Positions 9,367 to 18,585 of a DNA stretch of 64,000 bases are shown in pieces. The DNA comes from an uncultured delta proteobacterium. GTDB lineage: Bacteria > Myxococcota_A > Polyangia > Fen-1088. The position numbers were made by a program, and so were the translations under genes. The notes beneath the pieces were generated by a model. It ran no database searches. It was not told where the DNA came from and was given only the letters and a program-made list of their open reading frames with translations. The stretch is from positions 2,912,001-2,976,000 of the forward strand of contig CAVYGB010000008.1 in the NCBI GenBank assembly GCA_963767925.1. Reading direction: 5' to 3'. Position 1 is the stretch's first letter; every line of letters begins with the position of its first letter.

Positions 9367-9589
9367 GGTTTTTTCTCCTGGCCTGAGGAAAGAGGTCGTC
9401 GTCCAGAAAGGCGCGCACGCGCAGCAGGGGTGGCGTCCGGCGCAGCCCCCGAGCGGATCCCATCCCCGGGGACGCGCCCGGGGATTGCCGCGGGCTCGCG
9501 GGTAGCGGCACCGGAAGCGGTGACCACCGGCGCGGGCGATCGCCGGCCGGCCCGGCGGCGCGGCGGCCCGATCGGCGGATCCGGATCGT

Positions 9590-9994
9590 TCAGACCGGGG
9601 GCGACGTCTTGGGGGCCAGGGACAGGACGGCCAGGGGCGGCGCCGGCTCGGCCGGCGCGACCGCGACCAGCGGCGTCGGGTCGAAGTCGCCCGACCAGGC
9701 CGGGCTCCCCTGTCCGAACACCTGACCGAAGCGGCAGACCCGGGCGAAGGCGCAGCCGTCGTGGCCCGGGGGCTGCTGGGAGCCGTCGTGGGCCGCCGGG
9801 CGCGTGTCGGCCTGGGCCAGCGCCCCGGGCTCGACCGCCTCCTCCACCTTGCCGTGCTCGGCGCAGTAGCGGTGGACCTCCGCGTTCGCGTGCACGGAGG
9901 CGAGGATCGGCGCCGCGCACCAGAACACCCCCACCAGGAGCGCCGCCAGCCGGTGCGCCGCGCGCAACGACCGGGGCCGGCAGGTGGAGGACAT
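9590..9994 (-). CDS. DUF2946-like small exported/leader protein
   Basis: Hydrophobic N-terminus, HRYCAEHG and HDGCAF motifs, C-terminus LAPKTSPPV; directly upstream of a metal receptor. Confidence 0.6.
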   Translation of the reverse strand: MSSTCRPRSLRAAHRLAALLVGVFWCAAPILASVHANAEVHRYCAEHGKVEEAVEPGALAQADTRPAAHDGSQQPPGHDGCAFARVCRFGQVFGQGSPAWSGDFDPTPLVAVAPAEPAPPLAVLSLAPKTSPPV

Positions 9995-10146
9995 GATCGT
10001 GGGATACTGTCAGAGAGGACCCGCTGTCAAGCTGCGGCCACCGCTCCGGCCATCGACGCCGGGAGCTCGACGGCGCCGGCTTGTGGTCCCTCGGTGGCGG
10101 GCGCAAGATGACAGGGCGGCAGGCCTCCGGCTCTGCCCCGCGTCCA

Positions 10147-10959
10147 ATGCTGAAAGCCGTGCTCGCACGCCTCGCCCAGGGCCACCGGACCGCTCGCTTC
10201 CCCGACGAGCGGCCCACCTTGCCCGAGCGGTTCCGGGGCCGGCCCGCCCTCGACGCGAGCCGCTGCCCGGAGGGCTGCCAGGCGTGCAGCGAGGCCTGTC
10301 CCACCGACGCCCTCGCCGACGACGGCGACAGCCTCGCCCTCGATCTGGGCCGTTGCCTGTTCTGCCAGGCGTGCAGCGAGGCCTGCCCGGACGGCGCGCT
10401 GACCTTCACCCGCGACCACCGCCTGGCCAGCCGCACCCGCGCCGAGCTGGTGCTGCGATCGCCCCGCCACCCCGGCGGCGCCAGCCCCACCAGGCTGGAC
10501 CCCGCCGACGAGGCGCGGGGGCTCGCCCTGCACCAGGAGCTGCTGCGGCTGTTCGGCCGCTCGCTCAAGCTGCGGCAGGTGAGCGCGGGCGGGTGCAACG
10601 CCTGCGAGGCCGAGGTCAACGTCCTGACCAGCATCGTCTTCGACCTGGGGCGCTTCGGGATCCAGATCGTCGCCTCCCCCCGCCACGCCGACGGGCTGCT
10701 GGTGACCGGACCGATCCCGCGCAACATGCACCTGGCCCTGCGCAAGACCTACGAGGCCATCCCCGCCCCGAAGATCGTCCTCGCGGTGGGCGCCTGCGCC
10801 ATCTCGGGCGGGCCCTACCGCGGCCACCCCGAGGTCCACGACGGCGTCGACGGCGTCTTGCCCGTCGACCTCTATGTCCCCGGCTGCCCGCCCCACCCTC
10901 TCACGATCCTCGACGCCCTCCTCGGCCTGCTGGGCCGCCGGCGCCCGCCCCCGGCCTGA
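10147..10959 (+). CDS. Ehr/hydrogenase-4-like small subunit (NuoB/HyfI-like) fused to an N-terminal 2x[4Fe-4S] ferredoxin domain
   Basis: CPEGCQACSEACP and CLFCQACSEACP; GGCNACEAE, SPRHADGLLVTGP, VGACAISGG, PGCPPHP. Confidence 0.88.
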   Translation: MLKAVLARLAQGHRTARFPDERPTLPERFRGRPALDASRCPEGCQACSEACPTDALADDGDSLALDLGRCLFCQACSEACPDGALTFTRDHRLASRTRAELVLRSPRHPGGASPTRLDPADEARGLALHQELLRLFGRSLKLRQVSAGGCNACEAEVNVLTSIVFDLGRFGIQIVASPRHADGLLVTGPIPRNMHLALRKTYEAIPAPKIVLAVGACAISGGPYRGHPEVHDGVDGVLPVDLYVPGCPPHPLTILDALLGLLGRRRPPPA

Positions 10960-10989
10960 CCGGCGCGCCGCTCGCGCCGCCGCGCGAAC

Positions 10990-12516
10990 CTAGAGGTCGT
11001 GCCCGCAGTAGGAGAGGTCGAAGCTCTTGTTGCACAGGGGGAAGTCGGAGATGGGCTGCCCGCGCAGGGCGAGGGCCAGCCCGCTCCAGTTGTGGAACGA
11101 AGGATCGACGACCTTGTAAGCCGCCAGCCGCCCCTGCCCGTCGGTGAAGGCGACGTGGCAGATCTCCCCCCGCCAGCCCTCGACCAGCGAGACGCAGAGG
11201 TGGTCGGGCCGCAGCGGCGCCAGCGCCGACCGCACCGGCCCCGCCGGCAGCTCCTCGAGCTGGGTGCGCACGAAGGCGGCCGAGCGCTGCACCTCCAGCC
11301 AGCGGACATAGGCCCGGGCGAACACGTCGCCGCTGGCCCAGGTAGAGGTGGGGATGTGGGCGAACCGGTACAGCCCCCAGGGGTGGCTGGTGCGCACGTC
11401 GCGCTTGAGCCCCGAGGCCCGCGCCGCCACCCCCACCAGGCCGAGCTCGCGCGCCACTTCGGTCGGCACCCGACCGGTCTCGTCGAAGCGCGCCTGCACC
11501 GAGGCGGTCGTCCACAGCAGCTCGACCGCCCGCCCGGCGTCGCGCAGGGCCGCCGCCAGCCGGGCCGCCATGTTCGCGGCCAGCGGCGGGTCCAGGTCGA
11601 ATCCGACGCCGCCTGGCCGGACCAGCCCGCGACCGAACCGGCTCCCGCACAGCGAGGCGGTGAGGTTGAGCAGCTCCCCCCGCAGCCGGCCGCAGAACGA
11701 GGCGGTGGGCAGGAACCCGACGTCGGCGGCCAGGGCGCCGAGGCCGCCGAGGTGGTTGGCCATTCGCTCGAGCTCGAGGGCGATGGCCCGCAGGCCCTGG
11801 GCCCGCGCTGGCGCCCGTCCCCCGGCCAGCGCCTCGTGGAGCTGGCAATGGGCGCTGGCGTGGCCGACGCTTGTGTCCCCGGCCAGCGTCTCGACCAGGT
11901 GGATGGTGCGCTTGCCCGGCCCCCCGACGAGGGCGCGCTCCACTCCCCGGTGCTGGTAGCCGAGCGAGATCTCGAGGTGCAGCACCTCCTCGCCGTGGCA
12001 CTGGAAGCGGAAGTGGCCGGGCTCGATCACACCGGCGTGGACGGGGCCCACCGCCACCTCGTGCACCTCCTCCCCCTCGACCCGGTAAAACTCCGTCACC
12101 CCGATCTCGGGTCCCCCGCCGGCGCCCGCGGTGCCCGGCGCGAACCGCACCGGCTTGAGCCAGGGGTGGCCCTCCGGCGTCACGCCCCACTGCTCCCAGA
12201 TCTCCCGCTCGAAGAGCTGCACCTGGGGGCAGACCGGCGTCAGGGAGGCGAAGCCGGCCTCTTCGCCCGGGCCGGCGATCGCCGTCCGCCCCACTTCCAG
12301 CACCCCCTCGGCGTCGGCCGCCAGCACCACCACCAGCTCGATCCCGCCCTCGGCCCGGTGGCCGAACAGGGCGGCGACCCGCCGGCCCCCCGCGACCCCC
12401 GCCAGGATCGCCTGCCGGAAGGCCGCCGGATCGCAGCGGGGGACCTGCGCGCGCGGAACCGCGGCGGCGTTGCTCATCCGCAGCAGCCCGCCGGTCTCTC
12501 CGGCCGCGGCCGTCAC
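10990..12516 (-). CDS. Ehr large subunit (NuoC/D-like, HycE/HyfG homolog without NiFe-binding Cys pairs)
   Basis: GTG start overlaps the upstream TGA; FEREIWEQWG..PEGHPW, VGPVHAGVIEPGHFRF, LGYQHRGVE, EGWRGE, DPSFHNW, DFPLCNKSFDLSYCGHDL; no RxCGxC or DPCxxC. Confidence 0.88.
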   Translation of the reverse strand: MTAAAGETGGLLRMSNAAAVPRAQVPRCDPAAFRQAILAGVAGGRRVAALFGHRAEGGIELVVVLAADAEGVLEVGRTAIAGPGEEAGFASLTPVCPQVQLFEREIWEQWGVTPEGHPWLKPVRFAPGTAGAGGGPEIGVTEFYRVEGEEVHEVAVGPVHAGVIEPGHFRFQCHGEEVLHLEISLGYQHRGVERALVGGPGKRTIHLVETLAGDTSVGHASAHCQLHEALAGGRAPARAQGLRAIALELERMANHLGGLGALAADVGFLPTASFCGRLRGELLNLTASLCGSRFGRGLVRPGGVGFDLDPPLAANMAARLAAALRDAGRAVELLWTTASVQARFDETGRVPTEVARELGLVGVAARASGLKRDVRTSHPWGLYRFAHIPTSTWASGDVFARAYVRWLEVQRSAAFVRTQLEELPAGPVRSALAPLRPDHLCVSLVEGWRGEICHVAFTDGQGRLAAYKVVDPSFHNWSGLALALRGQPISDFPLCNKSFDLSYCGHDL

Positions 12517-13946
12517 CGCGCCCCCTCGAGGTCGGCGGCCGCCCCGGTGATCAGGGCCAGCAGGGGCGGCGGCAGATAGACCCCCAGCAGCAGCACCAGG
12601 CCCAGCAGCACCGCGATCGGCGCCACCGTGAGGAAGCTCTCGCGCCGCGGCCCCGCCGGCAGGCGCTCGCCCGGCGGGCCCTGCACGATCCGGATGACCG
12701 TCGCGCCCATGCCCAGGAACACGACGATCAACATCACCAGGAACAGCGCCGCCACCCCCGGCCGCCCGGCCGCCACCGCCGCCCGCAAGATCGTGAGCTC
12801 GCTGAGAAACGGCCCGAAGGGGGGCGAGCCCGTGATGGCGAAGAACCCCGCCAGGAACAGCGCCCCCGAGACCGGCAGGTGGCGGAGCGCGCCGGCCACG
12901 TCGTCGGTGAGCTTGCTGCCGTAGGCCCGGTGGAGGTTGCCGGCCGACAGGAACAGGACGCCTTTGGCGAACCCGTTGCTCAGCAGGTGCAGCAGGGCCC
13001 CGAAGGTGCCGGCGCCGCCGAGGCTCACCCCCACCGCCAGGATCCCCATGTGCTCGACGCTGGAGTAGGCGAGCATGCGCTTGTAGTCGCGCTGGCGGGC
13101 CACGAACACCCCCGCCACCGCCATCGAGAGCAGGCCGAGGGCCAGCATCAGCTCGCGGGCGAAGCGGGCCTCCCCCGCCGCCGTGCAGATCTTCACGAAG
13201 CGCAGCACCGCCAGGAAGGCGCAGCTGGTGAGCCCGCCGGCCAGCAGGGCGCCCACCAAGCCTGGCGCCTCCCCGTAGGCGTCGGGCTTCCAGGTGTGCA
13301 TCGGCGCCAGCCCCATCTTGGTGCCGTAGCCCACGAACAGGAGCACGAAGGCCGCGTGCAGCCAGGGCCGCGACAGGCGGGGCGCGTCGCGCACCAGGTC
13401 CTCGAACAGCAGGGACGAGCCGAGGCCCCCGTGCAGCGCGGAGTAGGCGAGGAAAAACGACCCCAGCAGGGCCAGCGCGATCCCCACCGATCCGATCAGC
13501 AGGTACTTCCAGGTGGCCTCGAGCGAGCGGGGGTTGCGATCGAAGTAGAGCAGCGGCGCCGCGGCCAGGGTGCTGGCCTCGACCGCCACCCACATCAGGC
13601 CCAGGTGGTGCGAGAGGACGATGAGGGTCATCATGCCCAGGAAGGCCAGCAGGGCCGCGCAGAACACCCGGGTGTGCGCCTCGGGCCGCCGCCGCAGGTA
13701 CCCCGGCACGTAGATCGAGCAGAGCAGGACGTGCAGGCTGAGGAACCCCAGCACCAGCCGCCCCAGGGGATCGAGGACGAGCCAGCCCCCGAATGCGGGC
13801 CCCGGCGGACGGGCCAGGCAGGCGGCGGTCAGCAGGGCGTGGACCGTGGCGCCGGCCGGCACCAGCCAGGGTCGGACCCCGGGCCGGGGCATGGCGAACG
13901 TGATCGCGGCCAGGAGCAGGGGCGCGAGGACGAGGGCCGCCAGCAC
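12513..13946 (-). CDS. hyfF: proton-conducting membrane subunit, HyfF-like (EhrD)
   Basis: Multi-TM; WVAVEAST, LEATWKY, GYGTKMGLAPMHTWKPDAYGEAP, KRMLAYSSVEHMG. Confidence 0.88.
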   Translation of the reverse strand: MLAALVLAPLLLAAITFAMPRPGVRPWLVPAGATVHALLTAACLARPPGPAFGGWLVLDPLGRLVLGFLSLHVLLCSIYVPGYLRRRPEAHTRVFCAALLAFLGMMTLIVLSHHLGLMWVAVEASTLAAAPLLYFDRNPRSLEATWKYLLIGSVGIALALLGSFFLAYSALHGGLGSSLLFEDLVRDAPRLSRPWLHAAFVLLFVGYGTKMGLAPMHTWKPDAYGEAPGLVGALLAGGLTSCAFLAVLRFVKICTAAGEARFARELMLALGLLSMAVAGVFVARQRDYKRMLAYSSVEHMGILAVGVSLGGAGTFGALLHLLSNGFAKGVLFLSAGNLHRAYGSKLTDDVAGALRHLPVSGALFLAGFFAITGSPPFGPFLSELTILRAAVAAGRPGVAALFLVMLIVVFLGMGATVIRIVQGPPGERLPAGPRRESFLTVAPIAVLLGLVLLLGVYLPPPLLALITGAAADLEGAR

Positions 13947-13947
13947 G

Positions 13948-14589
13948 TCACTCCTTGAGCGCGCTCAGCCGAGCCGTGTCGAGCGAGGCGTATTCGCGGC
14001 TGATGTGGTGGATGATGATGCCCATCACGAAGATGCCGACGAAGAGATCGAGCAGGGCCCCCACCTCGACAAGGAAGGGCATCGCCTCGAGCAGGGTGAG
14101 GCCCATGGCGAAGATGCCGTTCTCCATGACCAGATAGCCGACCACCTGGGTGATGGCCTTGCGCCGGGTGGTGAGGATGAGAAACCCGGTGATGATGGTG
14201 GCAAAGGAGGTGGGCAGGAGCAGCGACCCGCGGTGCTCCTCGACGAGGGGCAAGGTCCGCGAGAACAGCAGGGCCAGCACCGTGCCGAGGGCCGCCACCA
14301 GCAGCGAGGGGACGAAGCCGATGAAGGGCTCGACCTCCCGGTAGATGGCGGCGTCGCGCATCGCCTTGTGCAGGAGGCGGGGGATGAACAGCCCCTTGAG
14401 CAACACGGCGCCCACCCCCACCAGTACGGTGGCGGTGGTCAGGTGGCGGTGGACCAGCACCGCCACCGCGCCGAGCAGGATCCCCTGCGCCGCCGAGGCG
14501 TTGATCACCGCGCGCAGCCGGCTGGTGCCGACCAGGTACAGGTTGAGCAGCAGCAGCAGGACCAGGAGGGGATCGTGCTGGTGGTTCAT
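13948..14589 (-). CDS. hyfE: HyfE-like membrane subunit (EhrC)
   Basis: About 6-7 TM; LLKGLFIP, RRKAITQVVGYLVMENGI; position in the operon. Confidence 0.85.
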   Translation of the reverse strand: MNHQHDPLLVLLLLLNLYLVGTSRLRAVINASAAQGILLGAVAVLVHRHLTTATVLVGVGAVLLKGLFIPRLLHKAMRDAAIYREVEPFIGFVPSLLVAALGTVLALLFSRTLPLVEEHRGSLLLPTSFATIITGFLILTTRRKAITQVVGYLVMENGIFAMGLTLLEAMPFLVEVGALLDLFVGIFVMGIIIHHISREYASLDTARLSALKE

Positions 14590-14595
14590 GGCGCC

Positions 14596-15519
14596 TCAGC
14601 GGACCAGCAGGACGAGGCCGAAGCCGGACAGCAGGCAGGCGGCGATGAGCAGCCGGGGGACGTGGGCCAGCCGCACCCGGGCCATGCTGGACTCCACCAC
14701 CCCGATGGCCACCGCGAGGACCAGGCTGGACCCCAGGACGGCGGCCCAGCTCGCCCAGGGGCTGGCCCAGACCCGCGGCAGCACCAAGCGGCCCAGCAGG
14801 GCCACGAAGAGGAACAGCTTGAGCGCCGCCCCGTACAGGACCACGGCCAGACCGGGCCCGCCGTGGTCGAGCACCATGACCTCGTGGATCATGGTCAGCT
14901 CGAGGTGGGTGCTGGGATCGTCGACCGGGAGGCGGCTGTTCTCGGCCAGCAGCACGATGAACAGGCCGACAACGACGAGCACCAGGGAGGGCCCGCCCTG
15001 CCCCCAGGCCCGGGTCAGCGAACCGCCCAGCATGCCCGAGAGCGACAGGCTCCCCGAGCCGACGACGAGCACCAGCAGCCCCAGGAAGAAGGCCGGCTCG
15101 GCCAGCGCGGCGAAGCTCCCCTCCCGGGCGGCCCCCATGCCCTCGAAGGCCGAGCCGGTGTCGAGCGCGGCCAGCATGGTGAAGAAGCGGGCCAGCCCCA
15201 GCAGGCCGGCGAACAGGACGAAGTCGCCGTCGAAGGCGACGAGCGCGGGCCGGCTGCCGAGCGGCACCAGCGCCCCGGCCAGCCCCACCGCCGCCAGGGC
15301 CACCAGGGGGCCGGCCTGGAACACCCAGGTGCTCGACGTGCTGAAGACCGAGCCCTTGCCCAGCAGCTTGGCCAGGTCGCGGTAGGGCTGCAGCCAGGGC
15401 GCCCCCACCCGCCCGGCGAAGGCCGCCTTGGTCTTGACGATCACCGACAGCAGGAGAGGGGGGAACAGGAACAGCACCGCCCCGTGAATCGCCGCGTGCA
15501 AGGCGCCGGTCGCGCTCAT
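14596..15519 (-). CDS. hyfC: HyfC/HycD (NuoH-like) membrane subunit (EhrB)
   Basis: GRVGAPWLQPYRDLAKLLGK, DTGSAFEGMGAARE, AENSRLPVDDP.THLELTMIHEVMVL; ATGA overlap with the upstream gene. Confidence 0.88.
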   Translation of the reverse strand: MSATGALHAAIHGAVLFLFPPLLLSVIVKTKAAFAGRVGAPWLQPYRDLAKLLGKGSVFSTSSTWVFQAGPLVALAAVGLAGALVPLGSRPALVAFDGDFVLFAGLLGLARFFTMLAALDTGSAFEGMGAAREGSFAALAEPAFFLGLLVLVVGSGSLSLSGMLGGSLTRAWGQGGPSLVLVVVGLFIVLLAENSRLPVDDPSTHLELTMIHEVMVLDHGGPGLAVVLYGAALKLFLFVALLGRLVLPRVWASPWASWAAVLGSSLVLAVAIGVVESSMARVRLAHVPRLLIAACLLSGFGLVLLVR

Positions 15520-17501
15520 GGCCGCACCGAGGACCAGGCCAGGGCCCCTACCACGACGAGGAGGATATACAGCAGGTAGACGTGCAGGATCCCCTGGTGC
15601 AGCCAGCGCAGCCGCGCCAGCCAGCCGGCCCAGCGGTCGAACCAGGGCTGATACACCCCGCGGGTGAGCGGATCGGTGTAGTCGGCCGCGAGCCGCGCCG
15701 GCCCGGGCAACACCCCGACCGGCGGCTGCAGGTCGAGGCGCGCCCCCAGCGACCGGGGCAGCAGGCTCTCGGCGGCGATCCCGCTGAACGAGCTCGCGGT
15801 GTATTGCATGCGGGCGGTGGGCGCGAGGTAGCCGCAGCCCCAGGTCTCCGCCCGGGCGGCGGGGCGCCGGCGCAGGTGCCAGGCGTAGCCGAGCCCGAGC
15901 AGCGCCAGCAGGGCCCAGACGGCGCGGATCACCCAGGCCAGCGGCCCCACCGGGGCCAGCGCGGCGGTTAGGTCGGCGGGCGAGGCGCCGGGCAAGATCT
16001 GGCCGAGCACCGGCCCGAGCCCCGCGAGGATCGTCCCGGGGAGCAGGGCGGCGAGCAGGCCCAGCAGGGCCAGCGCGGCCATCGCCCCAACCATCGGCGC
16101 GGGCGCCTCGTGGGCCTGGCGGGCGCCCTCGCTGCGCGGCTCGCCCAGCAGGGCGATACCGAGGAGGCGGGTGTAACAGAGCGCGGCCAGGCCCCCCACC
16201 AGCGCCAGCCCCCCGATCGCCAGCAGCAGGAGCAGGGCGGTGGCCCCCGGCTGCCCGATCGCCCCCCGGACCAGGCCGAGCACGATCAGCCACTCGCTGA
16301 CGAACAGCCCCAGGGGGGGCAGCCCGGCCAGGGTGATGGCGCCCAGGATCATGAGCCCCCCGGTGCGGGGCATCCGCCGGAGCAGGCCGCCCAGCCGCTC
16401 TAGGTCGCGGCTGCCGCTGCCGTGCAGGACGCTGCCGGCGCACAGGAACAGCAGCCCCTTGCCGGCGGCGTGGTGCAGGAGGTGCAGGAGCCCGCCGCAG
16501 GCCCCCAGCAGCGCCACCGCCGGCTGCCCGCGGACGCTGGCCTGGAAGGCCACCCCCAGCCCGATCAGCACGATGCCGACGTTCTCGATGCTCGAGTAGG
16601 CCAGCACGCGCTTGAGGTCGCGCTGGGCCAGGGCGAGGGCGATGCCGAGGAGGGCGCCGCCGAGGCCGAGGGCGAGCAGGACCGGCCCCCAGTAGCGCGC
16701 CGGCTCGAGGAAGGTCAAGGCGCGCAGCAGACCGTAGACCCCGAGCTTGATCAGGATGCCCGACATGAGGGCCGAGACGTGCGAGGGGGCGGCGGCATGG
16801 GCCTCCGGCAGCCAGACGTGGACCGGCACCAGCCCGGCCTTGATGCCGAAGCCGAGGGTGGCCAGCCCGAAGGCGAGCAGCCCCCCGGGGCCGGCGGCCA
16901 GCCGGGCGGCGGAGAAGGCGGCGAAGCCGAGGTCGCCGGCGTGGTGCCCCAGCACCAGGAACAGCCCCACCAGGCAGGCGAACCCCACGTGCGCCGAGAT
17001 CAGGTAGGCCCAGCCGGCCCGGCGCACCTCTGGCTCGCCGTGATCGAAGGTCACCAGCAGGTAGGAGGTCAGCGACATCAGCTCCCAGGCGACGAGGAAC
17101 ACAAGGGCGTGCCGGGCCAGCAGCACGAGGATCATGGCGGCCACGCACAGGTTGAACAGGCACGCGGGCGCGGCCAGGTTTCGTCCCGGCGACCCGGCCA
17201 GCAGGTACGACCGCCCGTAGACCGCCGCCGCCGCGGCCAGCGCCAGCAGCGGGATCAGGAAGAAGCCGGTCAGGGGGTCGAGCCCGAGGACGATCTCGCC
17301 ACCGGGGACGGGCCAGGGCCGGCGCAGCTCGGGGAAGGGCGCGCCCGCCAGCGCGGCGAGCCCGGGCGGCAACCCCAGCCCCGCCGCCGCCAGCACCCCC
17401 AGCGTCGCCGCGGCGGTGGCGGCGCGGGGCCGGCGGTGCAGGACCACCGCCGCGACGGCGCCCGCGATCAAGGCGGCCAGCGCCAGCAGCACGAGGGTCA
17501 T
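15516..17501 (-). CDS. hyfB: HyfB-like (NuoL/MrpA-type) proton-conducting subunit (EhrA)
   Basis: FLVAWELMSL, GFGIKAGLVPVHVWLPEAHAAAPSHVSALMSG, KRVLAYSSIENVG, TWGCGY...RMQYTASSF; ATGA overlap. Confidence 0.88.
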   Translation of the reverse strand: MTLVLLALAALIAGAVAAVVLHRRPRAATAAATLGVLAAAGLGLPPGLAALAGAPFPELRRPWPVPGGEIVLGLDPLTGFFLIPLLALAAAAAVYGRSYLLAGSPGRNLAAPACLFNLCVAAMILVLLARHALVFLVAWELMSLTSYLLVTFDHGEPEVRRAGWAYLISAHVGFACLVGLFLVLGHHAGDLGFAAFSAARLAAGPGGLLAFGLATLGFGIKAGLVPVHVWLPEAHAAAPSHVSALMSGILIKLGVYGLLRALTFLEPARYWGPVLLALGLGGALLGIALALAQRDLKRVLAYSSIENVGIVLIGLGVAFQASVRGQPAVALLGACGGLLHLLHHAAGKGLLFLCAGSVLHGSGSRDLERLGGLLRRMPRTGGLMILGAITLAGLPPLGLFVSEWLIVLGLVRGAIGQPGATALLLLLAIGGLALVGGLAALCYTRLLGIALLGEPRSEGARQAHEAPAPMVGAMAALALLGLLAALLPGTILAGLGPVLGQILPGASPADLTAALAPVGPLAWVIRAVWALLALLGLGYAWHLRRRPAARAETWGCGYLAPTARMQYTASSFSGIAAESLLPRSLGARLDLQPPVGVLPGPARLAADYTDPLTRGVYQPWFDRWAGWLARLRWLHQGILHVYLLYILLVVVGALAWSSVRP

Positions 17502-18184
17502 CCCCGCCCCACCGGCTGCAAGCGCGCCTCCACCTCGCTGGCCCGGGCCAGGATCGCGGCGTCCGGCGCCCGGCCCGCCACCGCCGCCTTGAAGCCCAAA
17601 TCGAGCAGGGCCCGCGACAGCTTCGCCAGGAGCTGCAGGTGGGTGGGGATGGTCGGGGTGACGATGAGGAACAGGGTGTGCACCGGCTGCCCGTCGGACG
17701 CGTGGAAGTCGAGGGGCGTGTCGAGGAAGCAGAGGCTGATGGCGGGCCTGCCTCCCGGGCATACGACGGGGCTGCGCACGTGCGGGATGGCGATCCCCTC
17801 GCCGATCGCGGTCGAGCCACCCGCCTCGCGGGCCAGCACCAGCTCCGCGAGCAGCTCCCGATCGGGGCCGTCGATCCCGGGCAGGCAGGTGATGGCCGCC
17901 TGCAGGACCTGCCCCCGGGTGTCGCCGCCGACGGCTCGGTGGACGCCGCCGCGCTCGAGGACCTCGGTCAGCGCTGGCCCCCGCCCGCCGCCGCCCTCGT
18001 CCTCGAACAGCTCCGGGGAGACCGGCAGCCGCCGGGCCGTCGCCCACTCGAGCAGCTCGGTGCGGGCGAAGCGGGGCTGGTGGTTCACCAGGTAACAGGG
18101 GATGCTCCCCGCGTCGACCCAGCGGTAGATCTCGGTCTCGCCGACGGCCAGCAGCCTGGCGGCCTCGCGCACCGTGAGCTTCAT
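17498..18184 (-). CDS. excisionase-type HTH domain fused to PTS enzyme IIA (Ntr/Fru type)
   Basis: MKLTVREAARLLAVGETEIYRWVDAGSIP (HTH_17-like) followed by RE..GSTAIGEGIAIPHVR, DGQPVHTLF, HLQLLAKLS. Confidence 0.85.
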   Translation of the reverse strand: MKLTVREAARLLAVGETEIYRWVDAGSIPCYLVNHQPRFARTELLEWATARRLPVSPELFEDEGGGGRGPALTEVLERGGVHRAVGGDTRGQVLQAAITCLPGIDGPDRELLAELVLAREAGGSTAIGEGIAIPHVRSPVVCPGGRPAISLCFLDTPLDFHASDGQPVHTLFLIVTPTIPTHLQLLAKLSRALLDLGFKAAVAGRAPDAAILARASEVEARLQPVGRG

Positions 18185-18344
18185 CGGCGACGCCCACCGG
18201 CCCGACCGCGCGCTATCAGGTGCAGATGCGTGGCGGGTTTCTCCTCTTGCGACGCGCAGATTACCACGGCTACGCCTCCTTCCGGGCCAGCTCTTCCGCC
18301 CGCTCAGGCCCGGGCGCAAGAGCGCCGAACGGTTCCCCCGCGAA

Positions 18345-18526
18345 CCGGAGACCCCTCTCCCCGCTGGCGCAGGGCGAGGGCGAACGATTTGCCAGGTTCC
18401 CCGATTCTCTCCCGAGGAGCATCTCGGTATCGGAGATCCACGGAGGAGTCCCAGATCTCTGCACCCCGCTTGTCCGTTCGCCCTCGCCCCGCGCCAGCGG
18501 GGAGAGGGGGGGTGAGGGGTCTCCGG
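18345..18526. repeat. inverted pair of REP-like palindromic units
   Basis: 18345-18386 CCGGAGACCCCTCTCCCCGCTGGCGCAGGGCGAGGGCGAACG matches the reverse complement of 18475-18526 apart from one substitution and a short insertion. Confidence 0.75.
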
Positions 18527-18585
18527 CCAAACTGTTCGGTACGCCAGGCCTCCGGCGGCCGGCGGTTCGATGATAGAGATGGCTC

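Noticed and set aside
10147..17501. Calling the cluster a true NiFe hydrogenase-4 / formate hydrogenlyase
   Set aside because: The large subunit lacks both CxxC NiFe-binding motifs and no hyp or fdh genes are nearby
17498..18184. Excisionase indicating a mobile element
   Set aside because: The HTH is fused to PTS IIA and coupled to the Ehr operon, which fits a regulator
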